This document shows positions 25,446-35,983 of a stretch of 64,000 bases of DNA, piece by piece; the first letter of the stretch is position 1, and the number at the start of each line of letters is the position of its first letter. A model generated the notes under the pieces. That model did not search any database, was not told where the DNA came from, and worked only from the letters and a program-made list of their open reading frames with translations. Made by a program: the position numbers and the translations under genes. The stretch lies in contig CAVTRY010000016.1 of assembly GCA_963737265.1 (NCBI GenBank), positions 352,001 to 416,000 on the forward strand. Direction: 5' to 3'. Source of the stretch: an uncultured delta proteobacterium (lineage in GTDB: Bacteria; Myxococcota_A; Polyangia; Fen-1088).

Positions 25446-25925
25446 CTACGGACAAATGAGGAGCTTGTAGCCACTCCCGGTGGCGGGTGCCTCGCGACAG
25501 GAAGGACGGCCAGGTTCCGAGTCAGGCACGAAGGTCGCGCTGGCGGTCGCAACCGCCCTGCGCGGCCACGGACCCTCGACCATGCGCTGCCACAGCTGCC
25601 AGTCGCCGCCTTTCACCAGAATCGGCGCTGCCCAGAAGCGCGTGACTTTTTCTCGCGCCAATACATCGATAAGCGCAGGCACCAGACGTGGCAGGGTCTC
25701 GCGACCCCGGTCGGCGCCGCTTGAGGACTGGAAGATGGGCTTGGCCGCGTGGGCGAGTCGGGTGATGCGTTTCCGGTAGTCCGTGACATAGCGAGAAAGC
25801 GACGGAACCCAGGCGAATACCAGGAAAACAAGAGCCACGGCCGCAGCCTTGCCAGCGACCCAATTGGCGAAATGGGGCAATCGATTGGAAAGGCGCTGCG
25901 GTCTTGGCGCACTCGGCTCGCACAT
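25446..25925 (-). CDS. Hypothetical membrane-anchored protein
   Basis: One TM segment (AAAVALVFLVFAWV); same strand as and directly upstream of the GT-C-like gene. Start uncertain. Confidence 0.45.
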   Translation of the reverse strand: MCEPSAPRPQRLSNRLPHFANWVAGKAAAVALVFLVFAWVPSLSRYVTDYRKRITRLAHAAKPIFQSSSGADRGRETLPRLVPALIDVLAREKVTRFWAAPILVKGGDWQLWQRMVEGPWPRRAVATASATFVPDSEPGRPSCREAPATGSGYKLLICP

Positions 25926-26067
25926 CGCCTGGATAATAGCCTATCCAGCTCCGAGACCGCATCCCGCGCTGCTTTCCGTGCTTCACTCCAAAACCCGGGT
26001 TCATGCAACGTACCCATAAGGGTGCCTTTTGTAAGCTTTCGCAACCGGTTCTGCTAATGTCGCACCG

Positions 26068-28560
26068 ATGACTTCCGAGGAAGAGGGTACGAAGACTGGA
26101 TCCAACCAGGAGATCCCGGACGTTCTTCCTCTTCTGCCGGTGCGCGATTTGGTGGTTTTCCCGTACATGATCGCGCCCTTGCGCGTGTCGCGGCCCATCT
26201 CGCTCGATGCCGTGAACCAGGCGCTGGCCACCGAGCAGCGCATGTGTTTCATCGTCGCCCAGCGCGAATCGGAAGAAGAAGATCCGAAGCCGAGCTCGCT
26301 CTACCGCACCGGAACCGTCGGCATCATCATGCGCATGCGCAAGCTGTCCGACGGTGGCATCAAGATTCTGGTGCAGGGGCTGTGTCGCGCCCGCATCCAG
26401 CGCTTTCTCACCGACGTACCGAATTACAAGGTCCGTCTCGATATTCTCGAGGAAGGCCCGACCGTCGACTCGCGCGAGGTCGAGGCTCTGGTGCGCACGG
26501 TGAAGCTGAACGTGGAGCGCGTGGCGGAGCTCGGGCGCACGGTCCAGCCGGAGCTGGCCTTGGTGCTGCAAAACGTGGACGAGCCGGGCCGCATGTCGGA
26601 TTTGGTGGCGTCCAATCTGACGCTGAAACTGGCGGAAGCGCAGGCCATCCTCGAAACCGAGGACGCGGTGGCGCGTCTGACCAAGGTCAATCTGTGCCTG
26701 GAAAACGAGATCGGGATTCTGGAGGTGCAGAACCGTATCCAAAGCCGCGCCAAGGAGGAGATGTCCAAGACCCAGCGCGACTACTACTTGCGCGAGCAGT
26801 TGCGCCAGATAAGGCACGAGCTCGGCGACGACAATTCTTTCCGCGACGAGATCGACGATTTACGCCGCAAGATCGAGGCGACTGGGCTGCCCGCCGAAGC
26901 GCGGGGAGAGGCCGACAAACAATTGCACCGCCTCGAACAGATGAGCTCGGAAAGCGCGGAGGCCGCCGTGGTGCGCAGCTATCTCGACCTGGTGGTCGAG
27001 CTGCCATGGAAGGACTCGGCGGAGGCGCCCGTGGATCTGGCGACGGCGCGCAAGGTGCTCGACGAGGATCACTACGACCTCGAACACATCAAGGAACGCA
27101 TCCTCGACTACCTGGCGGTGTACAAGCTGCGCAAGGATGGCCGCGGTCCCATTTTGTGCTTCCTCGGCCCGCCCGGCGTGGGCAAGACGTCGCTTGGCCG
27201 CTCCATCGCGCGCGCCCTGGGACGCAAGTTCGTGCGGATTTCCTTGGGTGGCGTGCGCGACGAAGCGGAGATTCGCGGCCATCGTCGCACCTACGTCGGC
27301 GCGCTGCCCGGTCGCATCCTGCAGGGGTTGAAGACCGCGGGAAGCAAGAACCCAGTTTTCGTGCTCGACGAGGTCGACAAATTGGGCTCGGACTATCGCG
27401 GCGACCCATCGGCCGCACTGCTTGAAGTGCTCGATCCGGAACAAAACCACGCCTTCCGCGACCACTACCTCGGCGTGCCCTACGACCTATCGAAGGTCTT
27501 GTTCATCGCGACCGCCAATCTCGCGGACACCATCCCCGCGCCGCTGCGCGACCGCATGGAAACCCTGCGCCTGTCGGGCTACAGCGAGGAAGAAAAGCTG
27601 GCCATCGCCGAAAAATACCTTTCGCCAAAACAGATTCGCGAAGCTGGGCTGACCGACAAGGATTTGGTCGTCGGGCGGCCGGTGCTGCGCAAGGTGATCT
27701 CCGAATACACACACGAAGCCGGTCTGCGCGAGCTAGAACGACAGCTGGCTCAGCTCGCCCGCAAAATCGCGCGGCGAATCGTCGAGAAGGGCCTGGCGGC
27801 AAAGCGCGGCGGCAAGCGCAGCACTCCCCTTTCGCTCGACGATTTGGTGAAGTTCTTGGGCCCGCCCAAATACATTCCCGACGAGCGGCAACGCGCGGAC
27901 GAGGTGGGCGTGGCCAGCGGCCTGGCCTGGACCCAGGCCGGCGGAGAGGTTCTGCACGTCGAGGCGCAGATTATGGCCGGCAAAGGGACGCTCATCCTCA
28001 CCGGCCAACTTGGCGACGTCATGAAGGAGTCCGCGCAGGCCGCGCTCTCGTACGCGCGCGTGCAGGCGAACAGCCTCGGCATCGAGGGGGACTTTTTCGC
28101 CGACCGGCAGATCCACATTCACGTGCCAGCGGGCGCGGTGCCCAAGGACGGCCCATCCGCCGGAATCACGATGGCGTGTGTCTTGGTATCGCTCGCGACC
28201 GGGATCCCGATCCGCCGCGATATCGCGATGACCGGCGAGATCACGCTGCGCGGACGGGTGTTGCCCGTCGGTGGCTTGAAGGAAAAACTGCTGGCGGCCA
28301 TGCGAGCCGGCATGCACAGCGCGATTGTACCCGCGGGAAATCTGGCCGAGCTCAGCGAGATTCCGGACTACCTGCGCCAGCGCATCAAGTTGCGGCCGGT
28401 CCACACGGTCGCCGAGGCCCTTGCCATCGCACTGGCGCGCCCCTTGCCGCAGGGCAAGTGGCACGGCACGGGAGTCCACCACGCGGTGACCGGGCGCCGA
28501 AATCAGCCCCAGAGCCACACCAAGGTCGTTACCCACCATCGCAACGGTGGCGCCGCCTAG
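26068..28560 (+). CDS. lon: ATP-dependent protease La
   Basis: LON N-domain LPLLPVRDLVVFP, Walker A GPPGVGKT, HRRTYVGALPG, catalytic PKDGPSAG and GGLKEK. Confidence 0.97.
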   Translation: MTSEEEGTKTGSNQEIPDVLPLLPVRDLVVFPYMIAPLRVSRPISLDAVNQALATEQRMCFIVAQRESEEEDPKPSSLYRTGTVGIIMRMRKLSDGGIKILVQGLCRARIQRFLTDVPNYKVRLDILEEGPTVDSREVEALVRTVKLNVERVAELGRTVQPELALVLQNVDEPGRMSDLVASNLTLKLAEAQAILETEDAVARLTKVNLCLENEIGILEVQNRIQSRAKEEMSKTQRDYYLREQLRQIRHELGDDNSFRDEIDDLRRKIEATGLPAEARGEADKQLHRLEQMSSESAEAAVVRSYLDLVVELPWKDSAEAPVDLATARKVLDEDHYDLEHIKERILDYLAVYKLRKDGRGPILCFLGPPGVGKTSLGRSIARALGRKFVRISLGGVRDEAEIRGHRRTYVGALPGRILQGLKTAGSKNPVFVLDEVDKLGSDYRGDPSAALLEVLDPEQNHAFRDHYLGVPYDLSKVLFIATANLADTIPAPLRDRMETLRLSGYSEEEKLAIAEKYLSPKQIREAGLTDKDLVVGRPVLRKVISEYTHEAGLRELERQLAQLARKIARRIVEKGLAAKRGGKRSTPLSLDDLVKFLGPPKYIPDERQRADEVGVASGLAWTQAGGEVLHVEAQIMAGKGTLILTGQLGDVMKESAQAALSYARVQANSLGIEGDFFADRQIHIHVPAGAVPKDGPSAGITMACVLVSLATGIPIRRDIAMTGEITLRGRVLPVGGLKEKLLAAMRAGMHSAIVPAGNLAELSEIPDYLRQRIKLRPVHTVAEALAIALARPLPQGKWHGTGVHHAVTGRRNQPQSHTKVVTHHRNGGAA

Positions 28561-28643
28561 CGCCCAGCTGTGAGTCTTTTCACCGCGCCGACAGGAGCAA
28601 CAAGCCTCTGGACCACCGTTGCGCTTGAAGGCAGGATGGCCGC

Positions 28644-29351
28644 ATGAGTACGTCGGCCCTGCACTCGGCAACGCTAATCTTGATCTCTTTCGTGTTTCTT
28701 CCTGCCTGTGGCCCTAGCATCGATGCGGCGGCCAAGCTCGACATCGACCGCCGCGTGGCTGCTCTGGTGCCGGCAGGGCAGACATTCTCCCCACCAGCGG
28801 TTGCCGCGCCCAAGCCGCTGCAGGTCGGACAGTGGACCTTGTACAAGTTCGTGAGCGAGAAAGGCGAACCGTCGCTCGTGACGTACAAACTTGTGGGCGA
28901 GGACGGCGGCGCCTATTGGGTCGAGGTCGCCGACGAGAGCTACACGGGCAAAGTGGTAACCAAGATGCTGGTGTCTTTCGGCGATCGGGCGAACCCAAGC
29001 ACGATGGAAGTGCGTTCGATCAGGGTGAAAGACAAGGACGGCAAGATCAGCGAGATCGAAGGGCCGATGATTGAGTCGATGCGAGCCCTGTGGCAAAGCT
29101 CCGCCAGTCTGCTCGCGCTATCCTGGCAGGGCCTTCCCCAGGAAAGTATGGACGTCATCGCTGGTAACTTCGCGGGTTGTTTCAAGGCTCGCACCCCAGC
29201 CGGTTGGGGGCCGCTGCATTCGGCCTCGAACGTGTGGTCGCATCCCTTGGTTCCCCTCATCGGCCTAGTCAAGAGCGCCGGGCTCGACCGTCCCACGACG
29301 ATGGAGCTCATCGGCTTCGGCGATTCGGGCGCAACCAGCGAGATCCCGTAG
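28644..29351 (+). CDS. Hypothetical lipoprotein
   Basis: Signal peptide with lipobox LPAC; beta-rich mature region. Confidence 0.65.
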   Translation: MSTSALHSATLILISFVFLPACGPSIDAAAKLDIDRRVAALVPAGQTFSPPAVAAPKPLQVGQWTLYKFVSEKGEPSLVTYKLVGEDGGAYWVEVADESYTGKVVTKMLVSFGDRANPSTMEVRSIRVKDKDGKISEIEGPMIESMRALWQSSASLLALSWQGLPQESMDVIAGNFAGCFKARTPAGWGPLHSASNVWSHPLVPLIGLVKSAGLDRPTTMELIGFGDSGATSEIP

Positions 29352-29586
29352 GGCGTGGTGAGCGGCCTTTGAATGCCGACACGACGGGTCTTGCAAGCCT
29401 CGACCTTTCGTCGGGCAGCCCGGCGTCGAACAGCTTCCGTGATTCTGGAGCGACGAAGCCTGATTTTGCGATGCGATCGTCCGCGATATCGCCCTTGGGA
29501 AAGAGGAGTGCTAAGGTATGCAAGGTTCACGCCCCGCGGGCACCGCTGAACGACAACGGCCGGGCCACGGAGTCAGAGGAGGCACC

Positions 29587-30102
29587 ATGACCATCGAAGA
29601 GGCGATCAAGACTGCGATTCAGTTTGAGAAGAAGGTCCACCAGACTTACGTCGTCGCGGCGAAGCGCGCCGAGGACGTGACCGCCAAGAAGGTGTTCACC
29701 ACTCTCGCCGATGAGGAACACGGCCACATCACCTACCTCGAAAGCCGTCTCGGCGAATGGCAAGAGGATGGATGTCTGTCGGGCGAGAAGCTGCGCACGG
29801 TCCTGCCCTCCGCGGAGCGGATCAAGGCTGGGGTAAAGCGCCTTCGTTCTCAAGTGGCGCAGCGGAAGGGAAATCACGCCGCCGAGCTAGACTCGCTGCG
29901 CCAAGCGCTCGCCGCGGAGGACGAAACGTCGACATTCTACCGCCAGATGGTGGCCGAGTTGCCCGCTGATGGGCAGGATCTCTTCTCCCGTTTTCTCGAC
30001 ATCGAAGACGGCCATGCGGCGGTGGTTCAGGCCGAGATCGACAACGTGAATCAGATGGGCTTCTGGTTCGATCTCAAGGAATTCGACTTGGAGCTAGGCT
30101 GA
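29587..30102 (+). CDS. Ferritin-like/rubrerythrin-family diiron protein
   Basis: AIQFE...Y, DEEHGH, AEDE...FY, IEDGH (two ExxH motifs); RBS GAGGAGG. Confidence 0.85.
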   Translation: MTIEEAIKTAIQFEKKVHQTYVVAAKRAEDVTAKKVFTTLADEEHGHITYLESRLGEWQEDGCLSGEKLRTVLPSAERIKAGVKRLRSQVAQRKGNHAAELDSLRQALAAEDETSTFYRQMVAELPADGQDLFSRFLDIEDGHAAVVQAEIDNVNQMGFWFDLKEFDLELG

Positions 30103-30261
30103 CGGTATCGAAGCGAGAGTTGGCGAGGAACGCAGTGTGACGCGGAGGCCCAGAAAGGAGATTGACGCGATCCTGGATTGGCAGCCCGCAGCCGGTTCTA
30201 TGGTGCGGGCTTCACCCGCAGGGCTCCACGCGGCCTCAAGACGTGTCCATAAATGGACCCG

Positions 30262-30417
30262 TCTTGAAGATTTTTGAAGGGAGGGCCGCTGCCCTCCCCT
30301 CGTCCGCGAAGTAAATTCGCGGACTTCACCCCACCTGCGGCCGAGCCCTTGGCTCGGCTGCTGAAGAACTGTCCAATTTTTGGACAGTTCTTCAGGCTTC
30401 AGGTTGGCTGGTCAAGA
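30262..30417. repeat. Highly palindromic REP/MITE-like element
   Basis: TCTTGA...TCAAGA ends; internal hairpins GGAGGGC/GCCCTCC and CCGCGAA/TTCGCGG; perfect 16-bp stem at 30361-30395. Confidence 0.5.
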
Positions 30418-30605
30418 GCGGCGATTGCAATATACCTGCAACCTAACAGCCCGAAGCCTGCAGCCCCATGACGCTACAGCTTGGGCGCGGACGTAGAAGA
30501 CCAGAATCCGACGATGCCAAGTGCCCAGGTCGGAAAAGCGGTCTTGCCAGTCTGACTTCGGAGCCGCGCAAAAAAATACGTGCCCAGGATGTTTTTGCTG
30601 CTCTA

Positions 30606-30623
30606 GTGTGAAGAATTTCACAA
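30606..30623. promoter_or_regulatory. Rex-like operator
   Basis: GTGTGAA-GAAT-TTCACAA versus Rex consensus TTGTGAA-N4-TTCACAA (13/14 match), upstream of the rrf2-gltA-sucCD operon. Confidence 0.6.
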
Positions 30624-30690
30624 CCGACCCCGTGCGCTTGTGGTAAAAGGAATTGTTGGTCTCTTTTGACCAGATTCGAGGGAAGTAGCC

Positions 30691-31140
30691 ATGTCAGCAG
30701 TCTTGCAACAGTCCGATTACGCGATTCGATCCGTCCTCTTTCTCGTCGAGCACCGTGGTCAGCTCGCCACCAAGTCCGAGATCGCCAAGGCCGTCGATGC
30801 CCCTGAATTGTTTGTTGCCAAGATTCTCCAGCGTCTGGTCAAAGCGAGCGTCTTGGTTTCGGTGCGCGGAATCCACGGCGGGTTTTCGTTGGCGCGCGAG
30901 CCCTCCGCTATTTCGCTTTTGGATGTCCTCGGCGCTTCGCAGGCTTCGCTCGCCTTCAGGCCGTGCGTGCTCAATCCTCGAGCTTGTTCTTTTCAGCCCA
31001 GCTGCCCGGCTCGCCCGGTGTGGGTCAAGATTTACGAGACGACCGTCGGCGAGCTGCGCCAGGCGACCTTCGATAAGCTGTCTCGCGAACACAAGACCCG
31101 CCTGCGGGCGTGTACGCGCCGGCTGGGATCGCGCGAGTAA
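30691..31140 (+). CDS. Rrf2-family regulator, probably Fe-S binding
   Basis: DYAIRSV, KILQRLVKA, SVRGIHGGFSLAR, ISLLDV, three Cys in CVLNPRACSFQPSC. Confidence 0.92.
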   Translation: MSAVLQQSDYAIRSVLFLVEHRGQLATKSEIAKAVDAPELFVAKILQRLVKASVLVSVRGIHGGFSLAREPSAISLLDVLGASQASLAFRPCVLNPRACSFQPSCPARPVWVKIYETTVGELRQATFDKLSREHKTRLRACTRRLGSRE

Positions 31141-31274
31141 CGAGCAACACGCTTTCTCGCCAGCGCGCCAATCGTTGAGACCCGCGGCCGGATCTGCCCC
31201 AAAATGATCCTCGACAAGTCTTTTTTGCGTCAGTAGCATCCTATCCAGGTACCAACTGAACCTGGAGGTGCGCG

Positions 31275-32565
31275 ATGCCGAATACTGCGGAACTAAAGAT
31301 CAACGGGAAGTCGGTCGAGTTGCCGATCGTGGTGGGAACGGAGGGGGAAAAGGCGATCGACATACGACAGCTGCGGGCGCGGACCGGCTACGTCACGCTC
31401 GACCAGGGTTTCATGAACACAGGCGCGGTGACGAGCGAAATCGCCTTTATCGATGGTGACGCCGGCATTCTCCGCTACCGCGGAATTCCCATCGAAGACT
31501 TGGCCGAGAAATCCACCTTCGTCGAAGTGTCGTATCTTCTCATTTACGGCAAACTCCCGACGTCGGAAGAGCTGGCCCGATTTTCCTCATTGTTGACCCT
31601 CAACTCGGCTTTGCACGAGGACATGCGCCACTTCTTCGACCGCTATCCCATCACGGCGCATCCGATGGCGATCCTCTCGGCGATGGTTTGTTCGCTGTCG
31701 AGCTTCTACCCCGAAGCCCTCAAGGTGAACAATGCGGCGCAAAACGAGGCGACTATCACGCACCTTCTGGCCAAGATCCGCACCATCGCCGCCTATTCTT
31801 ACAAGAAATCGGTGGGCGAGCCATTCGTGTATCCGCAGGACCACCTCAGCTACTGCGCGAATTTCCTAAACATGATGTTCTCGGTCCCGTCGCGACCGTA
31901 CGTCGATCGACGAAGATATCGTCAAGGCTCTAAACCAGATCCTTATTCTGCACGCGGACCACGAGCAAAACTGCAGCACGTCGACGGTGCGCATGGTGGG
32001 TAGCGCGCAGGCCAACGTGTTCGCGGTGGTGTCGGCCGGCATTTGCGCGCTGTGGGGGCCGCTGCATGGCGGCGCCAACGAGGGCGTCCTCGACATGCTG
32101 GAAGAGATTCACAAGGACGGCGGAGGTCCGCATAAGTTCATCGAGCTTTCCAAGAAGAAAGACTCGGGCTTCAAGCTGATGGGCTTCGGCCATCGCGTGT
32201 ACAAGAATTACGATCCACGCGCCAAGATCATCAAGGCCGCTTGCGACAAGGTGCTTTCCCGACTCAAAATCAAGGATCCCTTGCTGGACATCGCGCGCAC
32301 GCTTGAAGAGACCGCGCTCAAGGATCCCTATTTCGTCGAACGCAAGCTCTATCCCAACGTGGACTTCTACAGCGGCATCATGTACCGCGCGCTCGGCATT
32401 CCCACCAATCTGTTCACCGTCATGTTTGCCATCGGGCGGTTGCCGGGCTGGCTGGCGCACTGGAAGGAGATGCACGAGGATCCAGCGACGAAGATCGGAC
32501 GGCCTCGTCAGATTTACACTGGACCCGTTCAGTCGGCGTATGTACCCATCGAGGAGCGGCGCTAG
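31275..32565 (+). CDS. gltA: Citrate synthase (type II) with a +1 frameshift near 31905
   Basis: [12 protein letters not shown] and AHPMA in the first frame; [27 protein letters not shown] and YPNVDFYSG in the second. Removing one base near 31905 joins them. Confidence 0.95.
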
Positions 32566-32574
32566 CGGGAACGC

Positions 32575-33759
32575 ATGAAGATCCACGAGTACCAAGCGAA
32601 AGAGTTGCTGGCGAGGTTCGGCCTGCCGGTTCCAGCAGGGATCCCCGTGCTGGAACTGGGCGGAGCCGCCGCGGCGGCGCAAAAGCTCATCCAGGCCACA
32701 CAAAGTGAAACGTTGGTCGTCAAGGCGCAAATTCACGCTGGCGGGCGGGGGAAGGGCGGCGGTGTCAAGGTGGTCAAGGGGGTGGACGCCGTTCGCGCGG
32801 CGGAAGCCCAGATCTTCGGCCGACCGCTGGTCACCCACCAGACAGGCCCGGAAGGGCGAATCGTCAAGCGGCTGCTGGTGGAGCAAGGGGTAGCGATCGC
32901 GCGTGAGCTCTACGCGGGCATCTTGGTCGATCGGGCGCGCAGTCGCGTCGTGGTCATGGTGTCCGCCTCGGGCGGCATGGAGATCGAGGAGGCAGCCGCC
33001 CAGTCTCCCGAGAGCATTCTCATGGAGCACGTGGATCCAGTGATGGGTCTGGCGCCCTATCAAGCACGTAATCTGGTCTACGCGCTTGGTCTCAAAGATC
33101 AGGTTGCCAAGAACGCCGTCGTCTTCTTGCTCAAGCTGTACGACACCTTCGTGGGCCTCGATGCTTCGCTGGTCGAGATCAATCCGCTGGTGGTCAGCAC
33201 GGACCTGCGCGTGTTGGCGCTCGACTGCAAGATGACCTTCGACGACAACGCCCTCGACAGGCACAAGGACGTGGCGGCCATGCGCGACCTTGACGAGGAA
33301 GAACCGTCGGAGAACGAGGCGCGCACCTTCGATCTCAACTTCATCAAGCTCGAAGGAACCATCGGCTGCATGGTCAATGGTGCCGGCCTGGCTATGGCGA
33401 CTATGGACATCATCAAGTATTTCGGCGCCAGCCCCGCCAACTTCCTCGATGTCGGCGGTGGCGCCAGCAAAGAAAAGGTGACCGCGGCGTTCAAGATCCT
33501 GACCGCCGACCCAGCCGTGAAAGGAATCTTCGTCAACATCTTCGGCGGCATCATGAAATGCGACGTGATTGCCGGCGGCGTGATCGCCGCGGTGGCCGAG
33601 ATAGGCTTACGTGTCCCGCTCGTTGTCCGCCTGGCAGGAACCAATGTCGAACTGGGCACCAAGATGTTGGCGGAATCCGGGCTGCCCATCACCACCGCCA
33701 GCGACATGGCCGACGGCGCCCGCAAGATTGTCGGGCTGGTTTCGGGAAAGAAGAATTAG
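32575..33759 (+). CDS. sucC: Succinyl-CoA synthetase beta subunit
   Basis: [52 protein letters not shown]. Confidence 0.98.
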   Translation: MKIHEYQAKELLARFGLPVPAGIPVLELGGAAAAAQKLIQATQSETLVVKAQIHAGGRGKGGGVKVVKGVDAVRAAEAQIFGRPLVTHQTGPEGRIVKRLLVEQGVAIARELYAGILVDRARSRVVVMVSASGGMEIEEAAAQSPESILMEHVDPVMGLAPYQARNLVYALGLKDQVAKNAVVFLLKLYDTFVGLDASLVEINPLVVSTDLRVLALDCKMTFDDNALDRHKDVAAMRDLDEEEPSENEARTFDLNFIKLEGTIGCMVNGAGLAMATMDIIKYFGASPANFLDVGGGASKEKVTAAFKILTADPAVKGIFVNIFGGIMKCDVIAGGVIAAVAEIGLRVPLVVRLAGTNVELGTKMLAESGLPITTASDMADGARKIVGLVSGKKN

Positions 33760-33761
33760 CC

Positions 33762-34631
33762 ATGTCGATCCTCGTGGGCAAAGAAACCCGGGTTGTCGTT
33801 CAGGGCCTGACCGGCTCCGCTGGGAGCTTCCACGCCAAGCAAATGCGCGACTACGGAACGGTGGTCACGGGCGGCGTCACGCCTGGCAAGGGCGGCAGCG
33901 TTCACGAAGCTTTCCCCATCTACGACACGGTCAAGCAAGCCGTGGCGGCAACCAGCGCCAATGCCAGCGTGATCTTCGTTCCGCCCCACGGTTGCGCCGA
34001 TGCCATTCTGGAAGCGGCCGACGCGGGCATCGAGATCGTCGTGTGCATCACCGAGGGAATTCCCGTGCTCAACATGGTGCGCGCGCGGCGCGCCCTGGAA
34101 GGAAAACCCTGCCGTTTGGTCGGGCCCAACTGCCCGGGCGTCATTACTCCCGGCGCCGCGAAGCTCGGCATCATGCCCGGCTACATTCACAAGCCCGGCT
34201 CGGTTGGGATCGTCTCACGCTCGGGCACGCTCACCTACGAAGCGGCCTACCAGTTGACCGTGCTGGGCTTGGGTCAAAGTACGGCGGTCGGTATCGGCGG
34301 CGATCCGGTGAAGGGACTCGATTTCATCGAGTGTCTGGCGCTGTTCGAGGCCGATCCGGACACGGAGGCCATCCTGATGATCGGCGAAATCGGCGGCACG
34401 TCTGAAGAGGACGCCGCCACGTACATCAAGGCCCACGTGAAAAAGCCGGTGGCTGCCTTCGTGGCTGGCCTCACCGCCCCGGCGGGCCGCCGCATGGGCC
34501 ACGCCGGCGCCATCATCAGCGGCGGCAAGGGCAAGGCCTCGGACAAAATCGCCGCCCTCAAGGAAGCCGGCATCGCCATCGCGCCAACGCCGGCGGAGCT
34601 TGGTAATACCATGGCGAAGGCAATGCGCTGA
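33762..34631 (+). CDS. sucD: Succinyl-CoA synthetase alpha subunit
   Basis: [34 protein letters not shown]. Confidence 0.98.
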   Translation: MSILVGKETRVVVQGLTGSAGSFHAKQMRDYGTVVTGGVTPGKGGSVHEAFPIYDTVKQAVAATSANASVIFVPPHGCADAILEAADAGIEIVVCITEGIPVLNMVRARRALEGKPCRLVGPNCPGVITPGAAKLGIMPGYIHKPGSVGIVSRSGTLTYEAAYQLTVLGLGQSTAVGIGGDPVKGLDFIECLALFEADPDTEAILMIGEIGGTSEEDAATYIKAHVKKPVAAFVAGLTAPAGRRMGHAGAIISGGKGKASDKIAALKEAGIAIAPTPAELGNTMAKAMR

Positions 34632-34721
34632 TAGTCTGGGTGAGCGCCGGCAAAGCACAGCCAACAGCGTCAGCCCGAATCATCGGCCGTCGTCACGTCA
34701 GCGAGATGAAGGCCAATCGGG

Positions 34722-35324
34722 TTAGCGGGGCGCTCGGTCGGGGCGAAAATCGCCCAGCATCGATTCCATGGCCGCCCAGATGTGGGACACGTCGTTGGCG
34801 TAGATGAGAAGGTCGCGCTTGTGGCCATGAATGTCGGCGACATGACCGTGCAGCTCGGCTTCCTTGTGAAAGCCGAGCCTTTCGAAGGTGCGGCGAGCGC
34901 CAGTCTGGCTTTCGACCATGTGGGCGACTAGCTTGTCGATGCCAGCGTCCACGGCGAGCTTCACGATGTGGCGGGCAAGCTCGATGCCGAGTCCTTGTCC
35001 GCGCAGTGTGCGGTCGACGTTGAGGCGAATCTCGCCGACGTGCCGGCTCCAACCGTGGAAGGTGCGGTGCAAGGTCGCTTCGCCGCGTACCGCCCCGTTC
35101 ACCCTGCCCAAGATGCTGATGGCTTCGCCAGTGGCCAACTTTGCCAAGAACCAGTCGAGCCAAGCCGAAGTCGTGACATCGTCCTTGAGAACCAGGCGAT
35201 CTTCCTCGGACATCGAGCGATAAAATTGCAGCAAAGACGCGCCATCCGCCCCAGTCGCGAGCGAAAGCGTGGCGCCCGCGCCGTTCTTCAGGTGCATAAT
35301 TGAAGGAAGCGCCAGCGTATCCAT
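34722..35324 (-). CDS. GNAT-family acetyltransferase
   Basis: HVGEIRLNV, LRGQGLG acetyl-CoA motif, FERLGF. Confidence 0.88.
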   Translation of the reverse strand: MDTLALPSIMHLKNGAGATLSLATGADGASLLQFYRSMSEEDRLVLKDDVTTSAWLDWFLAKLATGEAISILGRVNGAVRGEATLHRTFHGWSRHVGEIRLNVDRTLRGQGLGIELARHIVKLAVDAGIDKLVAHMVESQTGARRTFERLGFHKEAELHGHVADIHGHKRDLLIYANDVSHIWAAMESMLGDFRPDRAPR

Positions 35325-35353
35325 CACCAACCCCCTCCGCGAAAGTTTCGAAG

Positions 35354-35902
35354 CTATGCCAGGCGCGACTGGCCGAATTCGTAGCCCTTGCCGAACGCGC
35401 GCAAATTGAGGCTCTCGGTGCCCTTGGGAACCGAATCGAGGACCGCCTTCTCGACGGCGTCGTAGGGCAGAAGCCCGGTAGCGCCCGCGAAGAAGCCGAC
35501 CATCACGATGTTCAGAACTAAGCGCCGGCCGAGCTCCTCGGCGAAACGGGTGGCCGGAATGCCAAGCGTGCGAGCGGTGGCCGGTACCTTGCCGCTCGGG
35601 TGAACGAGCTCTTCCTCGAACAACACGAGTCCGTCAGGGTTGAGCTGCGGTGCAAACTGCGTGCATGCATCCTGCGACATGAGCACCAGAATGTCGGGCC
35701 GGCGGACATAGGGATAGCCGATGGCGTCGTCGGCGACGATGACTTGTGCGCTGCAAGCGCTTCCGCGCGCTTCGGGGCCAAAGGCCTGAATCATCGCCGC
35801 GTGCTTGCCGGCGTAGATGGATGCCGCCTTGCCGATGATAGAACCGCACAAGATGATTCCCTGGCCGCCCAAACCGCCGACGCGAATCTCTGTTCTCGTC
35901 AT
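35354..35902 (-). CDS. korC: 2-oxoacid:ferredoxin oxidoreductase gamma subunit
   Basis: EIRVGGLGGQG, FGPEARGSAC, NIVMVG, NLRAF. The 2-oxoglutarate assignment comes from the TCA context. Confidence 0.9.
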   Translation of the reverse strand: MTRTEIRVGGLGGQGIILCGSIIGKAASIYAGKHAAMIQAFGPEARGSACSAQVIVADDAIGYPYVRRPDILVLMSQDACTQFAPQLNPDGLVLFEEELVHPSGKVPATARTLGIPATRFAEELGRRLVLNIVMVGFFAGATGLLPYDAVEKAVLDSVPKGTESLNLRAFGKGYEFGQSRLA

Positions 35903-35983
35903 GTTCGTTCTCCTAGGAAAGAACCCTCGAAGGGGTCTTTCGAACTCCCGCGATGAGTCCCGTCGGGCAAAACCCGCCGTGAC

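Noticed and set aside
31895-31915. Programmed frameshifting in gltA (and ilvC)
   Set aside because: No slippery heptamer or homopolymer; both are housekeeping enzymes, so indel error is simpler.
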